In this document: positions 9,913 through 16,635 of the stretch, one piece after another
Layout: each line of letters starts with the position of its first letter
Position numbering within the stretch: the first letter of the stretch is position 1
Assembly (NCBI GenBank): GCA_964400575.1
Contig: CAYNVA010000244.1
Span: 1-32,664 of the forward strand
Direction: 5' to 3'
Source: an uncultured Thermodesulfobacteriota bacterium
Lineage (GTDB): Bacteria; Desulfobacterota; WTBG01; CAIYCZ01; CAIRTM01
Length of the DNA stretch: 32,664 bases
Position numbers and translations under genes: made by a program
Notes under the pieces: model-generated
Seen by the model: only the letters and a program-made list of their open reading frames with translations
Told to the model about the DNA's origin: nothing
Database searches by the model: none

Positions 9913-11394
9913 ATGGCCGTCTTTAATGCAGCAAAACGTGAGATTGATTTAAAGATAGTTTATTATGGTCCGGCGATGTGCGGCAAGACAACCAATGTTC
10001 AGTGCATTCATAAAATGCTGGCCCCACAGCAGCGCGGCGAACTGATGTCCCTGGCCACCAAGGATGACCGGACGCTTTTTTTCGATTTTCTTCCGATAGA
10101 GCTGGGCGATGTAAGAGGTTTTAAGACGCGCTTCCATATATATACAGTGCCGGGGCAGGTGTATTACGGCCTGACACGCCGCGCCGTGCTCACCGGTGCA
10201 GACGGCGTCGTGTTTGTTGTTGATTCCCAGACAAATAAACTGCAGGACAATATCGAAAGCCTAAAGGATTTGACTGAAAACCTCAAATTTTATAAAAAGG
10301 AGATTAAATCCTTTCCCTTTGTGCTTCAATATAATAAACGTGATCTGCCACATGTGGAGCCTTTCGCTGAGCTCAATGCCATGCTCAATACGTTTGACGT
10401 GCCTGCGTTTGAATCAAGTGCCTTAACGGGCATGGGCGTTGTGGAAACGCTCACTGCCATATGCAAAATGGTTCTTAAGCAGATGGACAGCGGTACGGCA
10501 AAGAAAAAACCCAGCCAGCCTTCGGCGTCCGGGCAGCCAGTCCCAAAGACTGCTGCACCATCAGGGGTTGCGGCTGTTGATGCGGGGCTCCAAATTTTCA
10601 GTAAACAGGCAACCCCTCCATCGTTTGCCGGGAAGCCTGAACCCGTGCAGCCTACTCAGATCCCACCGGCGCCGGCTCCACCTGCGCCGGCTGCCATGCC
10701 AGCACAAAAGCCGTCTCCTCGGTTGCGCCCTACGGAACCTGCGCCGTTGTCGTTTGATGAACCAATGCCTCCAGCAGCTCAGACATTCCAAAGAAACGCT
10801 GAGCCACAGTTTGAGGGCATTGGTGCAGAATCCCCACCCGCGTTTGAGAATGGCTCATCTGATATGAGTGCCGATATAGGGCTGACTTTTGATGATAATG
10901 AGGAAGTGGCTCTTGATGAGACTGCAGTGCCGGAGCCTGAACTTTCTTTTGATGCAGAGGAGGAAGTATCTCTTGATGAGGAGGCAATGCCGGAGCCTGA
11001 ACTTTCTTTTGATGATGATGCATCAGACCTTGTCATGGAAGAGCCCGCCTTTGAGATGGAGGAGCCTGAATTATCCTTTGAAGATGATGACTCCGGGCTT
11101 GCTGCGGAGACCGCATCGGATGCAGCTGAGCAGACAGCCTTCACTGACGACTCTTCAGCCTTTACCCTGGAAGAGCCGTCTCTACAGTTTGAAGAGCCTC
11201 AGGGTGGTGAGGATTTTTCTGAAATGCCTGTCCTGACACCATCGGTTGCAGGTTTTTCCATTGTAGCATGCGGAGAACCACGGAAAATTTCCGACACCTC
11301 GATCAGTCTGCCGATAACACTCAGGCTGAATAAAGATGATACCGAGTGCCCGATTACGATTACTATCAGCCTTGATGATATGCCGTTCAGATAA
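9913..11394 (+). CDS. MglA-family Ras-like small GTPase (residues 1 to about 190) fused to a roughly 300-aa Pro-rich/acidic-repeat tail and a short C-terminal domain
   Basis: The N-terminus matches MglA nearly motif for motif: REIDLKIVYYGPAMCGKTT (P-loop), DDRTLFFDFLP (switch 1 with the intrinsic Arg), FKTRFHIYTVPGQVYY (switch 2 Gln), ADGVVFVVDSQ, LQYNKRDLP (NKxD) and ESSALTGMGV (G5). The tail is PAPAPPAPA-type linker, then repeated EPELSFD motifs. SD GAGG lies 6 nt upstream. Confidence 0.9.
   Translation: MAVFNAAKREIDLKIVYYGPAMCGKTTNVQCIHKMLAPQQRGELMSLATKDDRTLFFDFLPIELGDVRGFKTRFHIYTVPGQVYYGLTRRAVLTGADGVVFVVDSQTNKLQDNIESLKDLTENLKFYKKEIKSFPFVLQYNKRDLPHVEPFAELNAMLNTFDVPAFESSALTGMGVVETLTAICKMVLKQMDSGTAKKKPSQPSASGQPVPKTAAPSGVAAVDAGLQIFSKQATPPSFAGKPEPVQPTQIPPAPAPPAPAAMPAQKPSPRLRPTEPAPLSFDEPMPPAAQTFQRNAEPQFEGIGAESPPAFENGSSDMSADIGLTFDDNEEVALDETAVPEPELSFDAEEEVSLDEEAMPEPELSFDDDASDLVMEEPAFEMEEPELSFEDDDSGLAAETASDAAEQTAFTDDSSAFTLEEPSLQFEEPQGGEDFSEMPVLTPSVAGFSIVACGEPRKISDTSISLPITLRLNKDDTECPITITISLDDMPFR
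10900..11019 (+). repeat. Two tandem 60-bp in-frame repeats inside the GTPase tail
   Basis: A 27-nt core, tgccggagcctgaactttcttttgatg, is identical at 10928-10954 and 10988-11014. The flanking gaggaagt(gg/at)ctcttgatgag occurs at 10900-10920 and 10960-10980. It encodes EEV.LDE....PEPELSFD twice. Confidence 0.9.
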
Positions 11395-11418
11395 ATTCGA
11401 GCCACACGAGGCAGCTCT

Positions 11419-13326
11419 ATGTCATGTACCCACGTGCACAACATGATTCCTGCACGCATTTTACGTCTGGCGATTGCTTCGCTGATGGTCGTTCTGTTTT
11501 GTTCGGAGCCTCAGGCCGGAGTCTATGATACCGGCATTGCACTTCCACGGTCAGCCCAGGCAAAAGACCTGGAAGCTTTTCTTGCAACGGTTCATCAGAA
11601 AACTCTGGACCACGGCATACGGAATTTTGTGCCGTATTCTTCAATGCTTGTCAAGCAAGCTCAAGAAGCAGTTCAGCGACGTGAGTATGACGCGGCGCAG
11701 GTGCTCGTGAAGTATGCTTGCGCATTATCTCCAGATAGCCCTTATGTTTACACCGCACAAGCCCTCACGCGATGGCATGCAAACAAAGCAGATTTGCTTG
11801 CGGCTGCTCAAAATTTCGCCACTGCTTTTGTGAAATCTTTGTCGCCTTTGAATATTGACTATTTAAGTATGGCGGTATTTGAAAATGCCGGTGCTGTTGC
11901 AGGGAGCATTCTGCTCACATTTTGCACTATCGCCCTGCTGCTGCTGCTTGCACACCTTTCACTTTTTTATCACGATCTGCAGCACGCGGCTCCTGCTTCC
12001 ATGACAAATGTTTCGGTGTGGGCCATGGTGATCACCGTCCTTGTCCTGCCTCTGATATGCAGGCTTTCCGTAATATGGTTCTGCGCATGGGCGGTCGTTC
12101 TTTTGTTTAATTATACAACCAAGCGTGAGCGTCAGGTGATACAAGGATTTTTTGTGCTTCTGGTTATTGCCGTACCACTGCTGGCGGCAGCTATGGGGTT
12201 CGCAAAATGCATAAGTCAGGATGAAACAATCAAGCTTTTGTGGAAGGCTAATTACGGTTATTGTGATGTTCGCGATGCCGACATGCTGGAGAAAAAACTC
12301 GAGCGTCTGGCTGCCGATGATGATGTGCTGCTGAGTCTCGGGCTGCTCTATAAAAAAGAAGGCAGCTTCGGCAGTTCCCATACATATTACGAAAAGGTGC
12401 TGCGAGTAAACCCCGGAAACTATAAGGCCGCAATCAACCTGGGTAATGTTTGTTTTGCAGAACACAACTGGGATGCGGCGGTGAAACACTATAATCAGGC
12501 CGCAGCCATCTCCCCTTATAAAACTGCGGCAGCTCATTTCAACCTGTCCCGGGTCTATCAGTTGAAATTCATGTTCGGCGAATCAGAGCAGGCTCTCAAT
12601 ATTGCCAAGAAGCTTGACCTTGCCCGTGTCAGTTCGTATCTGCAAGAGATATCCGATCATTACAATCGCGTTACCATTGATGAAACCGTTGCGGTTTCGC
12701 GACTGTGGATGCGCGGGCTCAATCTTTTTATGGACAATCCTGCATATACGCAGGACGCCTGGCGCAGTATGGTTGGCGGCTTTGCCTTTCCGTATGGTCC
12801 TTTGGGGTTTATGATTTTGGCAGTGGCTGCCGTGTTCATTGCCGCCAGAGACAGTATACGTATAGCGGTGCGTTGTAAACTGTGCGGCAAGGCCATGTGC
12901 CGTCGCTGCCAGCGTTCCGCCGCTGCCGATCTTGTCTGCGCTCAGTGTCACAGCCTGCTGCGCATGCAGAGTACTGTAGGGTACGGCGTCAGGGAAGACA
13001 AAATGAACCGCATCAAGAGCTATATCAAGCGGAAAAGAATCACTGCTGCAGTTTTAGGATATGCACTTCCCGGAGCGGGGCATTTCTGTGCCGGCCAGAC
13101 GGTAATGGGCACAGCGGGCATGCTTGTTTTTTTCATGCTGCTGCTCAAGGTTGTGACGCCGATTTTTTTTGAAGGCCCATGGGATTTTTTGTTTGGCCCA
13201 CGAATTTTTGAATGTGCTGTGTATGCCGCATTGCTCCTTCTGTACTGGGGCATCATGGCTTTGTATGTGCCCAGAATTCAGACTCGATCCAGTGAAGAAA
13301 ATCTGCTTTTGAGAATCGTTTCATAG
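11419..13326 (+). CDS. Polytopic membrane protein with TPR repeats and a Cys-rich zinc-ribbon-like loop
   Basis: 635 aa: signal/anchor, a helical N-domain, about 4 TM helices (e.g. GSILLTFCTIALLLLLAHL, VWAMVITVLVLPLICRL), a TPR block (LGLLYKKEGSFGSSHTYYEKVLRVNP, NLGNVCFAEHNWDAAVKHYNQAAAISP), one TM, then CKLCGKAMCRRCQ....LVCAQCH, then about 3 more TMs including a LPGAGHF motif. SD GAGG precedes 11419; an alternative ATG is at 11443. Confidence 0.8.
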   Translation: MSCTHVHNMIPARILRLAIASLMVVLFCSEPQAGVYDTGIALPRSAQAKDLEAFLATVHQKTLDHGIRNFVPYSSMLVKQAQEAVQRREYDAAQVLVKYACALSPDSPYVYTAQALTRWHANKADLLAAAQNFATAFVKSLSPLNIDYLSMAVFENAGAVAGSILLTFCTIALLLLLAHLSLFYHDLQHAAPASMTNVSVWAMVITVLVLPLICRLSVIWFCAWAVVLLFNYTTKRERQVIQGFFVLLVIAVPLLAAAMGFAKCISQDETIKLLWKANYGYCDVRDADMLEKKLERLAADDDVLLSLGLLYKKEGSFGSSHTYYEKVLRVNPGNYKAAINLGNVCFAEHNWDAAVKHYNQAAAISPYKTAAAHFNLSRVYQLKFMFGESEQALNIAKKLDLARVSSYLQEISDHYNRVTIDETVAVSRLWMRGLNLFMDNPAYTQDAWRSMVGGFAFPYGPLGFMILAVAAVFIAARDSIRIAVRCKLCGKAMCRRCQRSAAADLVCAQCHSLLRMQSTVGYGVREDKMNRIKSYIKRKRITAAVLGYALPGAGHFCAGQTVMGTAGMLVFFMLLLKVVTPIFFEGPWDFLFGPRIFECAVYAALLLLYWGIMALYVPRIQTRSSEENLLLRIVS

Positions 13327-13335
13327 CGAGAGAGC

Positions 13336-14406
13336 ATGTCATCATTGCAGGGTTCCATAAAAGATTTCGGCGCGGCTGATATTCTGCAGCTTTTATCCCA
13401 GCAGCAGAAGTCGGGAGTGCTGCTCTTAGAGCACGACAGGGAGACGGCCGAGATTTATTTTTCAAACGGTCATCTTGTTGATGTTAAGTCCCCTAAAGAT
13501 ACGGATCGTCTGGGAGCGATGCTTGTCAAAAGCACACTTGTCACGGCTGAGCAGTTCGGACAGGCTTGTGAAAAGCAGAAAAATACGCTTGAGCCTATTT
13601 GCAGTATTCTGCTTGCCCAGGGCATACTCAGCAGGGAGAATTTCGAGCGCATCCTCCTCACCAATACCTATGAGGTCTTCTATGAGATTCTGCAGTGGCA
13701 TTCGGGAACATACCGTTTTGTTGCGCAGACTGTTACACGGGAGTCAAGCCTCGTGCAGCTGCCGGGCCTTGAATCCATCCTGCTTGACGTTCTGCGCATG
13801 ATTGACGAATGGCCTGAGATCAAATCTGTTATAGGCACTTTTGATATGCTGTTTGAAAATAATTATGCGGCTCTGCCTGATCTTGATTCAGATGAGGAGC
13901 GCGTGTGCGCTCTGGTTGATGGGGATCGCAGCGTGCAGGACATTATTGACGCCAGTCTTCTGGGCAGATTTTATGCCTGTAAGACACTTGTGCGGCTGCT
14001 TGAGCGTGGTTCGATCAGGCTGTTGTCCAAACGGGCTGAAACGAAGGTCGATAATAAAAACATGCTTGCCCGCGCAGCAATCAGTATAGCCTCATGTTGC
14101 AGCCTTGCCGGCGTTGTCGCCCTGATATTCTTCCTGCCCGGCAGTTTTCCGGAGAGCACCGTTCCTGTCCTTCGTCTGTTGCGCTGTGAGCGCACAGCGC
14201 TGCAGCAGGCTTTTGTCCGTGATGAAGCTGCTAAGCTTGAAAAAGCCCTGGAAATATGCCGACTTATAACTGGAACGTATCCCGAAACCCTGCGCGAGCT
14301 TGCCGACCATAGGATTCTGTCAAAGCAGGATATAGCCGGTATCGAAAGGGATGCTATCGTGTACATTAAAGCGCTGGGCGCCTACGATATACATATAGGT
14401 CCGTAA
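13336..14406 (+). CDS. DUF4388 / PATAN-domain protein with a C-terminal membrane anchor
   Basis: 356 aa. The N-terminus LQGSIKDFGAADILQLLSQQQKSGVLLLE....EIYFSNGHLVDV is the characteristic DUF4388 signature, a domain known to co-occur with MglA-type GTPases. A TM helix AISIASCCSLAGVVALIFFL lies near residue 250. Confidence 0.8.
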   Translation: MSSLQGSIKDFGAADILQLLSQQQKSGVLLLEHDRETAEIYFSNGHLVDVKSPKDTDRLGAMLVKSTLVTAEQFGQACEKQKNTLEPICSILLAQGILSRENFERILLTNTYEVFYEILQWHSGTYRFVAQTVTRESSLVQLPGLESILLDVLRMIDEWPEIKSVIGTFDMLFENNYAALPDLDSDEERVCALVDGDRSVQDIIDASLLGRFYACKTLVRLLERGSIRLLSKRAETKVDNKNMLARAAISIASCCSLAGVVALIFFLPGSFPESTVPVLRLLRCERTALQQAFVRDEAAKLEKALEICRLITGTYPETLRELADHRILSKQDIAGIERDAIVYIKALGAYDIHIGP

Positions 14407-14427
14407 CCAATCAGCACCTTGTTTTTC

Positions 14428-14486
14428 TTGATTGTTGTTCGTTGATTGTTGGTTGTTAACGAAAAACTATAAACGATCAACGAAAA
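14428..14486. repeat. Copy of the dispersed heptamer-repeat element (inverted arms around a GGTTGTTAACGAAAAAC core)
   Basis: The sequence is attgttgttcgttgattgttGGTTGTTAACGAAAAACtataaacgatcaacgaa. The core is identical to the reverse complement of 751-767. The arms cgttgattgtt and aaacgatcaacg can pair. It sits between convergent gene ends (stops at 14406 and 14528). Confidence 0.85.
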
Positions 14487-14527
14487 GCTATGCCCGAAAC
14501 ATATTCTCGCCCGTCTGTATGCTCACA

Positions 14528-15445
14528 CTAGATGCCCTTTAAAAAACGTTCAGCATCAAGGGCTGCCATGCAGCCCATGCCGGCTGCCGTTATGGCCTGT
14601 TTGTACACAGGGTCCGCTACATCACCTGCGGCAAAAACGCCGGGGATATTGGTGGCAGACCCCTTGCTCACAGCAATGAATCCCTGGGTGTCAAGCTCTA
14701 TCTGATTTTGCAAATACGATGTATTGGGTACATGCCCGAGAGCCAGAAAGATGCCATCACAGGAATGGGCTGTCACCAGGTTTGTTTTGACATTGCGCAG
14801 CATGGCGCCGGTGACCGTGTTGCGTGCTATATCCAGGATGTCATCAATGACAGTATCCCAGATAAAACGTATGTTTGGGGTTGCCAGCGCCTTTTGCTGC
14901 ATGGCCAGTGAAGCCCGCAACTCTGCTCTTCGATGAACCACGGTAACAGTTGCTGCAAGAGTGCTTAAAAAAATCGCTTCTTCCAATGCCGTATCACCGC
15001 CGCCCACAACCAGAATATCTTTTTTTCTAAAAAAAAATCCATCACAGGTTGCGCACACGGAAAGCCCGCGCCCCATGAGCTTTTTTTCAACATCAATGCC
15101 GAGCATTCTGGGGGATGCTCCCGTGGCGATGATAGCGCAGGCGGTTTCTATTTTCTGAGCCTCAACGACGATTTCAAACGGGGTTTTATGAAAATCGACA
15201 GTGGTAACAGTACCGCTTTTAAACTGAACATTAAATTTTTCAGCCTGTTTGCGCATATCTGCCATCAGCTGTGGTCCATCTATGCCGTCAGGAGAGCCCG
15301 GCCAGTTTTCAATGACGGTTGTTGTCGTCAGCTGTCCGCCCGGCTCCATGCCTTCGATGACAAGCGGTGAAAGGCCGCCCCTGGCAGCATAGATTGCTGC
15401 AGTAAGACCAGCCGGGCCAGATCCTATGATTGTCAGTTGCTGCAT
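14528..15445 (-). CDS. trxB: Thioredoxin-disulfide reductase
   Basis: 305 aa with IIGSGPAGLTAAIYAARGGL (FAD site), redox-active CATCDG, VVGGGDTALEEAIFL (NADPH site), VHRR and GVFAAGDV. SD GGAGG. Confidence 0.96.
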   Translation of the reverse strand: MQQLTIIGSGPAGLTAAIYAARGGLSPLVIEGMEPGGQLTTTTVIENWPGSPDGIDGPQLMADMRKQAEKFNVQFKSGTVTTVDFHKTPFEIVVEAQKIETACAIIATGASPRMLGIDVEKKLMGRGLSVCATCDGFFFRKKDILVVGGGDTALEEAIFLSTLAATVTVVHRRAELRASLAMQQKALATPNIRFIWDTVIDDILDIARNTVTGAMLRNVKTNLVTAHSCDGIFLALGHVPNTSYLQNQIELDTQGFIAVSKGSATNIPGVFAAGDVADPVYKQAITAAGMGCMAALDAERFLKGI

Positions 15446-15548
15446 GCGTTTAGCCTCCGTTTCGGTGTTTGAATGTATCGGTCAATCAACTATGTCTGAA
15501 AATTGGAAGACACCATACCATGAGTAAAGAATCAATACACGGGTAAAA

Positions 15549-15636
15549 TTGTTGATTGTTAGTCGTTGTTTGTTGTTCGTTGATTATTGGTTGTTAAAGA
15601 AAAACTACGAACGACCAACGACCAACGATCAACGAA
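15549..15636. repeat. Copy of the dispersed heptamer-repeat element (longer arms)
   Basis: The sequence is attgttgattgttagtcgttgtttgttgttcgttgattattGGTTGTTAAAGAAAAACtacgaacgaccaacgaccaacgatcaacgaag. It has the same architecture and orientation as 14428-14486. It lies between the trxB start and the HAD gene stop and overlaps that stop codon. Confidence 0.85.
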
Positions 15637-16237
15637 GAAATCCGTTTTTCAGCAGCGTCTGTTCAAGCCAGTCGACAGAGGAGAACACAAATCCCTGCAT
15701 ATTGAGCAGCCGGGCTGCTGCAACATTGTCCGGAATATCATCGATATAGAAACACATTTCCGGCATGGAACCGGCTTTCACAAGGGCTTCTTTGTATATG
15801 TTCAGGTCAGGCTTGCAGCAGTGGAGCTCATAGGAAAGGATGAATGCATCAAAAGCATCGAGTACTTTAAAATGCTGTCTGCACCAGGTGTAATGCCACG
15901 GGTTTGTGTTGGACAGGCACAGAAGCCGGTAGTGCTGCCCCAGCCGGTAAATAAGAGGCTCTATGCCTTTTATGAGCGTGAAAATATTGGACCACAAGCA
16001 GGCAAACAGATCGATGTCAATGTTCAGGCCAAGTGCTGAGCGTGCAGTGTCAAAAAATTCTTCCGGAGAAAGCGCTCCGCTGTCGAACTTTTTTTCAAGA
16101 CCTGAAAATAGTTTTTTATGAATTTCATCCGGCTGCAAAGTGCAATACTGTGAAACTTGCCGGCAGAAAATCATATGATCAAAGTCGACGATTACTTTGC
16201 CGAGATCGAAAATGATGGTGTGTGCCACGCTGGTCAT
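15629..16237 (-). CDS. HAD-superfamily phosphatase, YihX-like (DLG variant of motif I)
   Basis: 202 aa. The N-terminal IIFDLGKVIVDFD resembles E. coli YihX (FDLGNVIVDID). Also LSNTN (motif II region) and FYIDDIPDNV (motif IV). Confidence 0.8.
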   Translation of the reverse strand: MTSVAHTIIFDLGKVIVDFDHMIFCRQVSQYCTLQPDEIHKKLFSGLEKKFDSGALSPEEFFDTARSALGLNIDIDLFACLWSNIFTLIKGIEPLIYRLGQHYRLLCLSNTNPWHYTWCRQHFKVLDAFDAFILSYELHCCKPDLNIYKEALVKAGSMPEMCFYIDDIPDNVAAARLLNMQGFVFSSVDWLEQTLLKNGFLR

Positions 16238-16374
16238 GCAGTGGTCCGTTAGCAGGTGGTTTTTTTACTTTGAGAACAGTTTAAAAATGTCTGTTGAGAA
16301 GGCTGGGGAAAGTATACAAGGTAAAAAGGATTTGTCCATTGTAAATCGATTGCGAGGCCGACGGGAGCAAAATT

Positions 16375-16451
16375 TGGTGGCGGTGCAGGGACTTGAACCC
16401 CGGACACTGCGGATATGAGCCGCATGCTCTAACCAGCTGAGCTACACCGCC
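16375..16451 (-). tRNA. tRNA with CAT anticodon (elongator Met, or Ile2 if lysidine-modified), CCA encoded
   Basis: The reverse complement GGCGGTGTAGCTCAGCTGGTTAGAGCATGCGGCTCATATCCGCAGTGTCCGGGGTTCAAGTCCCTGCACCGCCACCA folds as a cloverleaf: 7-bp acceptor, GCTC/GAGC D-stem, TGCGG/CCGCA anticodon stem, CTCATAT loop, TTCAAGT T-loop. A G1:C72 pair and C29 argue against an initiator. Confidence 0.93.
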
Positions 16452-16467
16452 ACATTGAATTTTTTAA

Positions 16468-16496
16468 ATGCTAGCATGTTAAGATTTTGAAATCAA
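16468..16496 (-). promoter_or_regulatory. Candidate promoter for the tRNA
   Basis: The minus strand reads TTGATT (16496-16491), 17 nt, then TAGCAT (16473-16468), ending 16 nt before the mature tRNA 5' end. Confidence 0.3.
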
Positions 16497-16635
16497 GTTC
16501 AAAAGTTTTCAAGCTGCGCTGCAGGTCGTCTTGGAGTGAATTTATAAAACTGTTTACAAAATAAGGCAACATAGTATATTGACATTGTTAGCTGGTCAGT
16601 ATATCCGGCGCTCACCGCGAAAGGCAAAATTGCGT

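Noticed and set aside
10439-11236. Alternative-frame ORFs across the GTPase tail (10439..10867, 10561..10791, 10730..11023, 10779..11144, 10889..11236)
   Set aside because: The repetitive, compositionally biased tail DNA keeps several frames open. Only the frame continuous with the MglA-like G domain has an SD and a sensible start, and the 60-bp repeat preserves that frame.
14428-14486. Interpreting the repeat-element hairpins as ordinary rho-independent terminators for the PATAN gene and trxB
   Set aside because: The stems are A/T-rich with mismatches and neither strand has a downstream U-tract. The same element also occurs upstream of gene starts (708 and 15445), so a dedicated terminator role does not fit all copies.
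16579-16635. N-terminal extensions in the ORF track that start at non-ATG codons (16579 permease, 20844 kdsC, 23343 lptB, 24072 rpoN, 25447 hpf, 27515 EIIA, 29218 pyrD, 30171 ispG)
   Set aside because: In each case an internal ATG with a better SD and/or the conserved family N-terminus lies a few codons downstream. The extension would also overlap the preceding gene. The shorter coordinates are reported in the feature list.
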